The position numbers and the translations under genes were made by a program. The notes beneath the pieces were generated by a model. The model was not told where the DNA came from, ran no database searches, and worked only from the letters and a program-made list of their open reading frames with translations. 64,000 nt of DNA, taken from contig JBMNHG010000003.1 of the NCBI GenBank assembly GCA_050950285.1, forward strand, positions 678,337 to 742,336, read 5' to 3'. The stretch comes from Kiritimatiellia bacterium (GTDB lineage: Bacteria > Verrucomicrobiota > Kiritimatiellia > RFP12 > JBMNHG01). This document shows positions 40,695-52,013 of this stretch, one piece after another (positions within the stretch are counted from its first letter, which is position 1; every line of letters starts with the position of its first letter).

Positions 40695-43343
40695 CTAATT
40701 GTCTTCGTCGTCGGTGAGGATCTTCAGCATCTGGATGAAGCAGGGGTGGTAGCCGTTCTTGTCCGCGACGGGGTCGCGCCAGACGAGCGCCACGGCCTGT
40801 GCGGTCGAGAGCACGTTGCCCTGCCTGATGGAGGTCTGGCCGAACTTGGTGGTGAAGGCGTCCGCCCGCAGGAGCACCAGGAAGCTCTGCTGGCGCGTGC
40901 TGAAGAGGCCCGCCGCATTGCGGATGACGGCTTCGCGGCGCGCCTCGTCGTGGAATTTCTCCTTGAGGGCGTCCGTCGAGGAAAGGACGGAGAGCCAGTC
41001 CACCGCGCCGATGTCGGAGACATCCTGCGCCGCGCCGCCCAGCTGTTCGGCCACGAGCTCGCCGATGTCGATGGCCTCTGCCGTCGTCAGGCGCGCGGGG
41101 GCGGCTTCCCACTCGTTGACCGGCATGTCGTTGTACACGGCGGTCATCACCTCGGGCTGCCGCGTGTTGGGGTTCACGAGGCCCTTCAGCGGGGTGGTCT
41201 CGTTCGGGTCGCGCAGGGTGAAGAAGTCGTAGAAGCGGTGGTAGCCGGTCTCGGGGACCATGCTGTAGCGTTCCGCGTCCTTGTGGTCGTAGAGCCGGGG
41301 CGTGTAGTAGGGCGCGACGGGGATGAGCGCCATTTCGCCCACGGACTCCAGCGGGGCGTTCTTGGCCTTCGGGAAGCGGATCAGGTACTGGAGTTCGTCG
41401 GACCAGGTCGCGCCTCCTTCGCGCCGCCCCATGCCGTCGAAGAGGCGGAGGACGGCGCCTGCTCCGGGGGCGCCGATGAGTTCGGGCTTCGTGAGGATGT
41501 ATTCCGCCCACATGCCGGCGCCGCCGAAGTCCGGCGCCGTGATCCCGAAATAGGCGAGGTCGCTGCCGGACGCCCAGTTCATTTCGGTGTTCATGTGGCG
41601 GGCGCCGAGGTCGGTGGCGATCCAGTTGAAGCGCGCGTCGAAGGTCTCGAACCACTCCGTGTCGCGGTCGGTCAGGTTGCGGATGGGGATGGGGTTCATG
41701 ATGGGGCGGCTCCCGCCGAGGCGGTTGTTGAAGGATTCGGTCATGAAGGTCAGATCCTTGAACTCGACCTGGTCGACCAGGTCCGCGCCGTGGTAGAGCT
41801 TCACGGTGATGTCGATCCTGTATCCGCCGTCCCAGGCGATGGTCATGCGGCTTGTCGGCTGGATCTTCGCCCCGGCGGCGGCGACGCCGCCGGTCGACGC
41901 GAAGGTGAAGTCCCCGCTGATGGCGGTGTTGTCGCCGACGAGCGGGAGGGTCTGGGTATAGCCACTCTCCGCGGGCACCAGCATTCCATGGAGGCCTTCG
42001 AGCATCTTGGGCGTAAGGAAGGGGATCGTCGAAGCGGGGGTGATGCCGGAGAGGTTGATGGTGGGCGCCGAGGCGTGGCGGGTCAGCGTGACTTCCGCCG
42101 AATAATCGGCGGTGCCGGTTCCGAAGGGGTTCCGGGCGGAGACGGTCACCATCATCTCGTGGATGAATTTGCTGCCCGACTGGAGGGCGAGGTTCGCGCC
42201 GGTGCCGGTGCGCACGGGCACCCATGCGAAGTCGTACACGAAGGAGATGCCGTTGATCATCGCGGTGTTCTCGACGTGCGGCGCGGCGGTGTTCCTCGGG
42301 ATGTCGTCGGGGTCGATGTAGTCGAAGAGGGCGTCGAGGTAGCCCTGGATGCGGGTGGTCTGGTTGTCGCTGCCCACGAAGTTTGCGCCGAGCATGTCGT
42401 CGCGTTCGAGGATTTCCCAGACGCGATCCTGCAACCTGGCGTTCCGGCCGTCCCCATAGGTGTAGTCGCTTTCGCTTGCGAAGCGGGCGGGGAAGTCGTC
42501 GCCGACATAGACCTTGGGGTTGCGCGTGGTGCCGTCATTGTCGGCTTCGAGTCCGGCGGGCACGAGTTCTTCGCTGGGGATGTAGGAGAAGATCCCGAAG
42601 TTCTCGAGGTTTTCCCCGTCCAGGCCGCATCCGCTCGCGTCGAGGGCCGCGACTTGCTCGAGGGTGACGAATCCTTCCATCTGGTCGCGCTTGCCGGCAT
42701 GCTTGGTGGCGTCCGTCACATCGGAGAGTCCGCCGATGCGGATTTCGCCGGGGTCGGCTCCGATGGCGCGCGCCATGCCGTTGCTGTTGACCGCGTTGAT
42801 GTCGAGCATTCCGGAGGTGTTGATGGCGATGTAGGCGTAGCGGCCGACGACGCGGCCGTCCACTTCGAGGGGGACCCATTCGGGCTTGACCCTGGCGACG
42901 TCGGGTCGGAAGGCGCCGGGCACGAACTTCATCATGCGTTCGGTGAGGACGCGCGCGGCGGCGGCCTCCTTCCGTTTCGCGTTCAAGGAGAAGACGATGT
43001 CTTCGGGGATGTCGGTGAGTTCGGTCCGTTCGTCCACGTTTTCCTGTCCGCTGGCGTCGATGCTCCCGGGGATGATCCATGTGTCGTTGGTCCAGCCGGG
43101 GTAGACGTCGTCGGCCACGATGGCCTCGTTGCAGAGGTGCGCGCCGTCGATGTCGCCGATGAAGCGGCCGACGGCGACGGCGGCCATTTCGCGCGCGGTG
43201 ATGGCGTGGCGGAAGTTGGAGGCGCCGGAGCGCTCGATGCGCATCATCGAGGTGAAGGCCACGGCGCTGATCATGAGCAGCGCGAGCATGCCCACCACCA
43301 CGAGGAGGGCGACGCCCGCTTTCTTCGTCGAGGGAGTCTTCAT
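40695..43343 (-). CDS. Large PilX/GspK-like pseudopilin (882 aa)
   Basis: KAG|VALLVVVGMLALLMISAVAF without Glu5; GRYAYIAINTSGMLDIN; GLVNPNT; FSTRQQSFLVLLRAD...AVALVWRDP. Confidence 0.75.
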   Translation of the reverse strand: MKTPSTKKAGVALLVVVGMLALLMISAVAFTSMMRIERSGASNFRHAITAREMAAVAVGRFIGDIDGAHLCNEAIVADDVYPGWTNDTWIIPGSIDASGQENVDERTELTDIPEDIVFSLNAKRKEAAAARVLTERMMKFVPGAFRPDVARVKPEWVPLEVDGRVVGRYAYIAINTSGMLDINAVNSNGMARAIGADPGEIRIGGLSDVTDATKHAGKRDQMEGFVTLEQVAALDASGCGLDGENLENFGIFSYIPSEELVPAGLEADNDGTTRNPKVYVGDDFPARFASESDYTYGDGRNARLQDRVWEILERDDMLGANFVGSDNQTTRIQGYLDALFDYIDPDDIPRNTAAPHVENTAMINGISFVYDFAWVPVRTGTGANLALQSGSKFIHEMMVTVSARNPFGTGTADYSAEVTLTRHASAPTINLSGITPASTIPFLTPKMLEGLHGMLVPAESGYTQTLPLVGDNTAISGDFTFASTGGVAAAGAKIQPTSRMTIAWDGGYRIDITVKLYHGADLVDQVEFKDLTFMTESFNNRLGGSRPIMNPIPIRNLTDRDTEWFETFDARFNWIATDLGARHMNTEMNWASGSDLAYFGITAPDFGGAGMWAEYILTKPELIGAPGAGAVLRLFDGMGRREGGATWSDELQYLIRFPKAKNAPLESVGEMALIPVAPYYTPRLYDHKDAERYSMVPETGYHRFYDFFTLRDPNETTPLKGLVNPNTRQPEVMTAVYNDMPVNEWEAAPARLTTAEAIDIGELVAEQLGGAAQDVSDIGAVDWLSVLSSTDALKEKFHDEARREAVIRNAAGLFSTRQQSFLVLLRADAFTTKFGQTSIRQGNVLSTAQAVALVWRDPVADKNGYHPCFIQMLKILTDDEDN

Positions 43344-43353
43344 GGCTTCGTTT

Positions 43354-43830
43354 TCACTTCATCTGTGCGTTGGGGAGCGCGATGCTGGCGGTGACGGTGA
43401 ACGGACGGCCGAGATTCCCGGAGCGCTCGAAGGTCATCTCGTAGGGGTTTCCCCACGGGTCGAGGTAGTCGCGGTTGGGGTTTTTCGCGGTCTTCTCGAT
43501 GGTGGCGTTCAGGAGGACGATCCCCTTCGGGTTGTCGCTGTCCGTGGCGTCGAGGACGGGGCCGAGGTTGTTGGCGTTCATCTTCAGGTCGGTGGCGCCG
43601 TTCACGTCGCCGGGCCATTGGTAGTCGTTTTCTTCGCCGTAGAGCTGGAACCACTGGTTCCACGCGGTGACGAGCCCGCGGAGCTCGGCGTCGGCCTTGG
43701 CGCGTTTTGCGTTGCGGCGCGCCTGGACGATGCCGCCGCTGATCATGCCCATGAGGAGGGCCATGATGGCGATCACCGTGAGGAGCTCGGTGAGGGTGAA
43801 GCCGGATTTGCGGTGGGCTGGGAAACTCAT
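43354..43830 (-). CDS. Prepilin-type N-methylation protein, GspG-like
   Basis: KSG|FTLTELL; DPWGNPY. Confidence 0.88.
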   Translation of the reverse strand: MSFPAHRKSGFTLTELLTVIAIMALLMGMISGGIVQARRNAKRAKADAELRGLVTAWNQWFQLYGEENDYQWPGDVNGATDLKMNANNLGPVLDATDSDNPKGIVLLNATIEKTAKNPNRDYLDPWGNPYEMTFERSGNLGRPFTVTASIALPNAQMK

Positions 43831-44396
43831 GGGCGGCCTCCCACGTAGATGTCGTCGTCGGTGTCGCGCTCGCCGTCGGGGCCGAGGCAGCGGGCGGAGA
43901 CGAGCCCTTCGCGGCCTTCGGTTTCCACGGAGATTTTGATGTCGACGCGTTCCGGAAGGCCGGCGCCGCCGGCGCCCCAGGAGGCGGGGAAGTTGAATTC
44001 GAACGATTCCAGCGGGCAGGTTTCGTTCAGCCTGACCCTCCCGCTGCCGTCTTCGCGGGTGACGATTCCGCCGCCGTAGGAATAGGTGATTGCCTGGGTG
44101 GCGTAGCCGGCGTTGGCGGCGGGGTCGCCGACGATGGCGAGGAAGGAGATCCTGTTGTTGTTCCAGACGTTGCCCGGGTCGGGGATGGCGTTCACGAGGT
44201 CGCGCTGGATGGATCCGATGATGGCGCGGACGGTCATCTGCGTGTCGGCGCGCCGGGATCCGGAGGCCCAGGAGCCGATGCTCTGCTGGAAGACCAGGGA
44301 GACCATCAGCACGATGGCGATCAGGATGGTGGTGGCCACGAGGATTTCGATGAGGGAGAATCCCTTCCGGGATGCGGCGGGGCGCGGGAAGGTCAT
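43827..44396 (-). CDS. Prepilin-type N-methylation protein, GspJ/PilW-like
   Basis: RKG|FSLIEIL; C-terminal GPDGERDTDDDI. Confidence 0.88.
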   Translation of the reverse strand: MTFPRPAASRKGFSLIEILVATTILIAIVLMVSLVFQQSIGSWASGSRRADTQMTVRAIIGSIQRDLVNAIPDPGNVWNNNRISFLAIVGDPAANAGYATQAITYSYGGGIVTREDGSGRVRLNETCPLESFEFNFPASWGAGGAGLPERVDIKISVETEGREGLVSARCLGPDGERDTDDDIYVGGRP

Positions 44397-44851
44397 GGGA
44401 GCACCCCCTTCCGGACGAATTCGGTATAGAAGAGCGGTTCGCGGGAAAGGTCGCCCGTCTCGCGGTCGCTCACGCGGAGGGCGGCGTAATAGAGGAGCCC
44501 GCCATAGCCGCCGACCTCCCCGATTTTCAACTGGTAGCGGATAGGAGTACCCTCGAATCCCGTCTCATCGTTTCCCGCAAAGGGTGTGGTGGAGTTGTTG
44601 AAGGTGAACCCTTTGCCGATTACTTTCGCCGGCTGGTCACCCCAATCGTTCTTTTCAGCGTTCTCGTGAAGGCGAGCGAAGATGTACGAGGAGGCGGCGG
44701 TCTGCACGGTGTCCGCGGTGGCGGTGTTGCTCTCGCGCAGGCCCACGGGGAAGAGGGCGAGCAGGCTGGTGAGGCCCACCGCGATGACGAGGAGGGCGAT
44801 GTTCACCTCCATGAGGGTGAAGCCGGATCGGTTGTCGTGGAAGCGTCCCAT
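44393..44851 (-). CDS. Prepilin-type N-methylation protein, GspI/PilV-like
   Basis: RSG|FTLMEVNIALLVIAVGLTSLLALFPVGL. Confidence 0.88.
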   Translation of the reverse strand: MGRFHDNRSGFTLMEVNIALLVIAVGLTSLLALFPVGLRESNTATADTVQTAASSYIFARLHENAEKNDWGDQPAKVIGKGFTFNNSTTPFAGNDETGFEGTPIRYQLKIGEVGGYGGLLYYAALRVSDRETGDLSREPLFYTEFVRKGVLP

Positions 44852-44854
44852 GGT

Positions 44855-45619
44855 CTACTCCACCTCGATTTTCCCGCTAGTGCACACGCGGACCTGCACC
44901 TTGTTGGCCGTGGACCCTTGCTTGATGGTCTCCACGAGGTCGATCGTGGCGTCCTGCTCCACGGATCCGTCGGGGTTGAAGACGATGAAGTGGTTGCCCC
45001 CCAGCGTGCCGCCGCCGGTGAAGGAGGCTTCGAAGCCCTTGGGGAGGCGCAGCATCGGGGAGATGGCGATTCCGTAGCGGTCGCCGACCTGCCAGCCCGG
45101 GTCGATCTGAGCCGAGTGCGAGGTGCCGCCGGAGGGGTCGATGGTTTCGTTCGACTGGAAGAAGGTGAGTTTCGCGACCGTCTGCCCCTTGTAGAGATCG
45201 CCGGTGTCGTCGGTCAGCGTTATCGTCTCCACTTGCGCCAGGCGATGGTCGAAGGTCCGGAGGTTGAAGAGGACGGCGCGGTTTCCGGCGTAGGCGCTGT
45301 CGGCCATGTCGGTATAGCCGTCGTAGTAGGTTTTCCCTTGGAAGGCGGAGATCCGGCCGATGGGCTGGAGCACGAGGTAGTCGGTGGTGTTGGTGAAGGC
45401 GAAGTAGGTCTTCTTGCCACCGAGGCAGGCCCGCTGGCGGGCGAGGATGAGGTAATTGCGGACGTCGTTGCAGGCGGTGTAGGCGGCGGCGCGCTGTGCC
45501 CCGAAATAGCTGGCGACCATGATGGTGGTGATGAGCACCATCAAGGCCATCACCACGAGGAGTTCCACCAGTGTGAAGCCGGCGCGCGGCGCGCCGCATG
45601 ATCGAACGCGGGAAGCCAT
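44855..45619 (-). CDS. Prepilin-type N-methylation protein, GspH/FimT-like
   Basis: RAG|FTLVELL; LILARQRA; IVFNPDGS; SGKIEV. Confidence 0.88.
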   Translation of the reverse strand: MASRVRSCGAPRAGFTLVELLVVMALMVLITTIMVASYFGAQRAAAYTACNDVRNYLILARQRACLGGKKTYFAFTNTTDYLVLQPIGRISAFQGKTYYDGYTDMADSAYAGNRAVLFNLRTFDHRLAQVETITLTDDTGDLYKGQTVAKLTFFQSNETIDPSGGTSHSAQIDPGWQVGDRYGIAISPMLRLPKGFEASFTGGGTLGGNHFIVFNPDGSVEQDATIDLVETIKQGSTANKVQVRVCTSGKIEVE

Positions 45620-46155
45620 CAGTTCCGAGCCTCCGTTGCGATGGTGTTGGAGAAACTGTCGTCCATCTCGACCTTGGCGGTGTCGTCATCGAGGTTGATG
45701 GTGACTCTGAAGAAGCGGGCGTAGCCGTTCTTCGGGGCGCGGTAGGCGAGGGGCTGGGCGGTGGATTCAGCCGTTTCGGCGAGCGTTTTCGTGGGCTTGT
45801 CCCAGCCCTGGGCGGTGAGCATGGCGGATTCGTCGAGGAAGCGGATGGAGTCCGCGTTGGCGGGGTGCGTCTCGCGCAGGGGACTAAAGACGTCGGCGTT
45901 TTTCGTGCCGAGGAAGGTGACGGCCTTGATGCCTTCGCCCACCGACGTGGGGATGCCGGGCCATTCCTTGTATTCGTGGCGGTAGCGGGAGAGGGCGGCC
46001 TCGAGGGTGCGGCAGGTGACCCGCGCTCGCTGGCGGCGGGCGTTCCGAACGAGGTAGCTCGCGCTGGCCATGGTGATGCCCGCCACGACGGCGATGATCA
46101 CCACCACCGTCATGAGTTCAATCAGGGTGAAGCCGGATTTCGAGGTGTTTTTCAT
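45619..46155 (-). CDS. Prepilin-type N-methylation protein, GspG-like
   Basis: KSG|FTLIELM; LEAALSRYRHEYKEWP. Confidence 0.88.
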   Translation of the reverse strand: MKNTSKSGFTLIELMTVVVIIAVVAGITMASASYLVRNARRQRARVTCRTLEAALSRYRHEYKEWPGIPTSVGEGIKAVTFLGTKNADVFSPLRETHPANADSIRFLDESAMLTAQGWDKPTKTLAETAESTAQPLAYRAPKNGYARFFRVTINLDDDTAKVEMDDSFSNTIATEARN

Positions 46156-46546
46156 GGCTCGGAGTCCTGTTGGGCGGCCGGGGGTATGCCGGCACGGCGG
46201 CTTTCCGGACGCTTCCCGCGCATGGAACCATTCCCAGGGGAAGTCGCCCCTCTTGGCCGTATTGGAACCATACCATGGAACGAGCGCCCATGGGAAGCGG
46301 AAATTGGGCTTTCCCGGTCTTCTGTCTCCGTGCTTGATCGGAGAGGCTCTTGCAGAACCCGGATCTTGCAAAACCCGTCCCTCCATCCGGCCCGCCGGGG
46401 ACGGCGTCGGGCCCCTTGTGTTCCGGCGAAGAATCGGCTATCTTGACCGGCATGGAATCGGGGATGGCGGTGTCCGGAAGATGACGCCCGGGTGCCGCTT
46501 TCCCGCCCGCCTCCCGCCTTCGTCCACCCTCTTCCCGTCTGCCCCC

Positions 46547-47071
46547 ATGCCGATCTACGAATTCCAGTGCCCCGGTTGCAACGTGCTCTTCCACTTCTTC
46601 TCCCGTCGCGTGGACACGGAGACGCAGCCTCCCTGCCCCCGTTGCGGCAAGCCGCTCGGCCGCCAGGTTTCGCTCTTTACCGCCCGCGCCTCCTCCGCCC
46701 GCGACGCGGATGCTTCCGGCTATGACGACGTCGGGGAGGAGCTTCCCTTCGTGGACGATGCCCGCATGAAGCGCGCCTTGGACGGCCTCGACGCCTCCGG
46801 CGCGTTCGATTCGGAGGATCCGCGGGCCGTCGCCGGCGCCATGCGCACCTTCGCGGAAAACTCCGGTCTTCACCTGGGCGGGGCCGCGGCCGAGGCCGTC
46901 GCCCGCATGGAAGCGGGCGAAAGCCCCGAGTCCATCGAACAGGAGCTGGGCGATGCGCTCGCCGACGAAGGCGCGCCCTTCGTCGCTCCCGCGGGAAGCG
47001 GCGCGCCGCCTTCCGGGACCGTTCCGCGGCGCGCCGGACCCGAACGCGATCCGACCCTGTACGAGATGTGA
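46547..47071 (+). CDS. FmdB-family zinc-ribbon protein
   Basis: MPIYEFQCPGC...CPRCG; DPRAVAGAMR; RDPTLYEM. Confidence 0.88.
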   Translation: MPIYEFQCPGCNVLFHFFSRRVDTETQPPCPRCGKPLGRQVSLFTARASSARDADASGYDDVGEELPFVDDARMKRALDGLDASGAFDSEDPRAVAGAMRTFAENSGLHLGGAAAEAVARMEAGESPESIEQELGDALADEGAPFVAPAGSGAPPSGTVPRRAGPERDPTLYEM

Positions 47072-47134
47072 GGCGCGCGCCCCCGCGACACCCCGCCCTT
47101 TGCAGGAACATCGCAGGCGAAGGATGCATCGAAC

Positions 47135-48151
47135 ATGAAGGCCCGTCTTCTGGTTGTCCTCCTGGCTGCGGCGGCCGCCTGTGCCGCCTCCGCAGACGAC
47201 GTGTCGTGGTCGGACGGGCGGATCGAGACGGGGCGGATCGTCCTCGGCCCGGGTTCGCGGTTGCGCCTGCACGACGGCGAACGCGTGCGGGAGTGGGTGC
47301 CCTCCGAAGTCGCCTGCATCGACTTCGATCCGCTGAGGGGTTCGATGGAGCGGGCCTGGCGCTTCGTCGAGGCGGGGAAAACCGCGAAGGAATACACCGG
47401 CGAAGCCTATCCCGTCCTCGACCTCGGCACGGTGGTCGCCTGCCGCGACGGGTCCAGCGCGACCGGACGGCTCATGACCGCCGCGATCTACCTCGAGCAA
47501 GGCGCGAAGACCTCGAAGATCGTCATCCGCCGCCAGCTCGAGGGGAAGCCTGGCGAGCGGCTCGCCGACCTCGTCTACCCCGCCCGCATCGCCTTCGATG
47601 CGCCGGCGGACGCCCCGCCCGTCGCGGAACGGACCTTCTGGATCCGCGCGCCGATTCCGGACGACGCGGATCCGGCGGATGTCGCCCTGCTTTGGAGGCG
47701 TCCCTTCCCCATGGCGGCGCATGTCTGGAAAAGCGCGGAAAACGGCGCCTTCGCGGCGGAACGGCTGGGTTCGGACCCCGTGCTCGCCCTGCGGACGGCG
47801 ACTTCCATCCGGGTGGGATGGAGCGGGGAGCTCGCCGGGCCCCTGAAGGCGCGGTTGGCGCAGGGGGTGGCCGACATCCGGGATTTCTTCGACGACCGCC
47901 GCCTCCTTGCCGCCGCCGCCGATCCGGACGATCCCTCCCTCGCGACGTCCCTGGTGCTGGTCTCGCGCGCCGGCTCCACGACGCTGGACGGCGCCGCGAC
48001 ACAGCCCTGGCGCCTGGAAGTCTGGCGCTGGCGCATCGGGGAATCGGAGGACGATCTCCTCCTTTCCACCCGCGCCGTCCTCTTCCGGGGCATCCGCGCG
48101 CCCGACGGCCCCGTGCCTGAAATCCTCCTCGACCCGCTTCTCGTCCCATGA
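47135..48151 (+). CDS. Hypothetical secreted protein
   Basis: Signal peptide MKARLLVVLLAAAAACAASA; AAGGA upstream; no family recognised. Confidence 0.7.
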   Translation: MKARLLVVLLAAAAACAASADDVSWSDGRIETGRIVLGPGSRLRLHDGERVREWVPSEVACIDFDPLRGSMERAWRFVEAGKTAKEYTGEAYPVLDLGTVVACRDGSSATGRLMTAAIYLEQGAKTSKIVIRRQLEGKPGERLADLVYPARIAFDAPADAPPVAERTFWIRAPIPDDADPADVALLWRRPFPMAAHVWKSAENGAFAAERLGSDPVLALRTATSIRVGWSGELAGPLKARLAQGVADIRDFFDDRRLLAAAADPDDPSLATSLVLVSRAGSTTLDGAATQPWRLEVWRWRIGESEDDLLLSTRAVLFRGIRAPDGPVPEILLDPLLVP

Positions 48152-48236
48152 GGAAGCCCTGCCGGCGGCGCCCGCCCCGCCCGGTGTGTCGGCAGGCCCT
48201 GTCCGGGCGGGGGATATGGGACGGGAGGTCGCGGCT

Positions 48237-49589
<1,353 letters not shown>

Positions 49590-49832
49590 GGGTGGAGCTG
49601 CCTTCCTCCGGTCGCGGCCGGCGATCGCCGGCCCGCTCGCGGTTGTTCGTTGTTTTTGGCGACAGCGTACCATGCGGCATGCGTTCCAACAAGAAGATGC
49701 GGCGGACCGGGAACGGCCTGGCGCACGTCGCGCGGGCGGATTTTGCCAAGACGGCTTGCCGCGCCACCCGCGCGGATGGTATCGTTCATGCGCGACGCGA
49801 CGTCCCCCCATCCCCATCCCCAGGAGCATCCG

Positions 49833-52001
49833 ATGACTGCGAAGAAGACCCCCGCGAAGAAATCCGCCCCCGCGAAGAAGACCCCCGCGAAGACGTTCCC
49901 TTGGCTGGACACGAAGCAGCCGCTCGAGAAGCGCGTCCAGCTGCTCATGGACGCCATGACGATCGAGGAGAAGATTTCGCAGATCCGCCACGAGTCGGAT
50001 GCGATCCCCCGCCTGGGCATCCCCTTCTACAACTGGTGGAACGAGTGCCTCCACGGCGTCGGCCGCGCGGGCAAGGCCACGGTGTTCCCGCAGTCCATCG
50101 GGCTGGGTGCGACCTTCGACGAGCCGCTGATGCGCGAGATCGGGACGGCCGTCTCCGACGAAGCCCGCGCCAAGCACCACGCCGCCTTGCGCCGCGGCTT
50201 CCACGCGATGTACTTCGGCCTCACCTTCTGGACGCCCAACATCAACCTCTTCCGCGATCCGCGCTGGGGCCGCGGCCAGGAGACCTACGGCGAGGACCCC
50301 TTCCTCACCGCGCGCATGGGCGTCGCCTACATCAAGGGGCTGCAGGGGAACGACCCGAAGTATCTCAAGGTCTCCGCCTGCGCCAAGCACTTCGCCGTGC
50401 ACAGCGGCCCCGAGAAGCTTCGCCACGAGTTCGATGCGCACATCTCCCGCCGCGACCTCGCCGAAAGCTACCTCCCGCAGTTCGAGGCCGCCGTGAAGGA
50501 GGCGCGCGTCGAGTCGTTCATGACCGCCTACAATCGCGTCTATGGCGAGGCTTGCAGCGCTTCGTCCCTCCTCCTTGGCGACTACCTCCGGGGCGGGTGG
50601 GGGCACAAGGGGCACGTCGTCTCCGACGCCGGCGCCGTGGACGACATCTTCCAGAACCACAAGGTCGCGCCCTCGATGGCCGCCGCCGCCGCCATGGCCC
50701 TCAAGGCCGGCTGCGACGTGGGCGTGGGCGACGCCTACCGCTCCCTCCCCGAAGCCCTGGAGCAGGGGCTCGTCACCGCGGAGGACATCGACAGGGCCCT
50801 TCGCAACGCCCTCACCGTCCGCTTCCGCCTCGGGATGTTCGATCCGCCCTCCCAGGTGCCCTACGCCCGGATCAAGCCCGACGTCGTGAACTGCGAGGCC
50901 CACCGCCGGCTCGCCCACAAGGCCGCGCGCGAATCGATGACGCTCCTCAAAAACGAGGGGAACCTCCTTCCGCTCGACCCGGGGAAGATCCGCAGCGTGA
51001 TGGTGGTGGGCCCCGAGGCCTACAATCCCGAAGCCCTCCACGGAAACTACTTCGGCCACAGCCCCAACCTCTCCACCTTCATGGCCGGCCTCGTCGACTA
51101 TCTCGATCCCGGCGTGCAGGTCTACTACGTCAAGGGGTGCGACGCGATCGGCGGGACCTTCTCGCCCTCGAGCGTCCCGTCCGCCGACCCTCGCGACTTC
51201 CACATGACCAGCGCCCGGCCCGACGTGATCCTCGCGATGGTGGGCTGGCTCCCCTCGCTCGAGGGCGAGGAGGGCGACGCCGGCGACGGCGACCGCAAGG
51301 ACATCGGCCTGCCAGGCCACCAGCTCGAGCTGTTGAAGCGCCTCCATGCGACCGGCAAGCCCGTCGTCGCGGTTGTCACCAGCGGCAGCGCCGTCGAACT
51401 CGAATGGGCCGCCGGGAACATTCCCGCCATCCTGATGACCTGGTATCCCGGCGAAGCCGGCGGCCGCGCCCTCGCCGAGACGCTCTTTGGCGACAACAAC
51501 CCCGCGGGCCGCCTCCCCGTGACCGTCCCGCGTTCGCTTGCGGACGTGCCGCCTTTCGAGGAGTACGCGATGAAGGGCCGCACCTATCGCTTCTCCACGA
51601 AGGAGCCGCGCTATGCCTTCGGCCACGGCCTCAGCTACACCACCTTCCGCTACTCCGCCTTCAAGCCCGCCTCGCCGGAAATCCGGGCCGGACGGCCCCT
51701 CAAGGTCTCGGTGACCGTGACGAACACCGGCCGCCGCGCCGGCGACGAAGTGGTGCAGGTGTACCTCCGCCACGAGAAGGCCCCGGTGCCCGCGCCGCTT
51801 CTGCAGCTTGCGGCCTTCAAGCGCATCCACCTCAAGGCAGGCGCCTCGAAGACCGTCACCCTCGCCATCCGGCCCGAACCGATGCGCCTCTACCGGGACG
51901 ACGGCACGCCCTTCGTTCCATCCGGAACGTGCACGCTCTTCGCGGGCGGATGCCAGCCCGGACATGGCAAGGTGAAGACGGCCTCGTTCCGGATCCGCTG
52001 A
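49833..52001 (+). CDS. Glycoside hydrolase family 3 (beta-xylosidase/glucosidase) with C-terminal Fn3-like domain
   Basis: AGGAG RBS; WWNECLHG, RDPRWGRGQETYGEDP, AKHFAVHSGPE, VVSDAG, FGHGLSYT; no signal peptide. Confidence 0.95.
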   Translation: MTAKKTPAKKSAPAKKTPAKTFPWLDTKQPLEKRVQLLMDAMTIEEKISQIRHESDAIPRLGIPFYNWWNECLHGVGRAGKATVFPQSIGLGATFDEPLMREIGTAVSDEARAKHHAALRRGFHAMYFGLTFWTPNINLFRDPRWGRGQETYGEDPFLTARMGVAYIKGLQGNDPKYLKVSACAKHFAVHSGPEKLRHEFDAHISRRDLAESYLPQFEAAVKEARVESFMTAYNRVYGEACSASSLLLGDYLRGGWGHKGHVVSDAGAVDDIFQNHKVAPSMAAAAAMALKAGCDVGVGDAYRSLPEALEQGLVTAEDIDRALRNALTVRFRLGMFDPPSQVPYARIKPDVVNCEAHRRLAHKAARESMTLLKNEGNLLPLDPGKIRSVMVVGPEAYNPEALHGNYFGHSPNLSTFMAGLVDYLDPGVQVYYVKGCDAIGGTFSPSSVPSADPRDFHMTSARPDVILAMVGWLPSLEGEEGDAGDGDRKDIGLPGHQLELLKRLHATGKPVVAVVTSGSAVELEWAAGNIPAILMTWYPGEAGGRALAETLFGDNNPAGRLPVTVPRSLADVPPFEEYAMKGRTYRFSTKEPRYAFGHGLSYTTFRYSAFKPASPEIRAGRPLKVSVTVTNTGRRAGDEVVQVYLRHEKAPVPAPLLQLAAFKRIHLKAGASKTVTLAIRPEPMRLYRDDGTPFVPSGTCTLFAGGCQPGHGKVKTASFRIR

Positions 52002-52013
52002 CGCGAGGAGCCC

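Noticed and set aside
46160..46400. c-di-GMP riboswitch upstream of the pilin cassette
   Set aside because: I could not find the GEMM consensus elements on the minus strand; an Rfam/Infernal scan would settle it.
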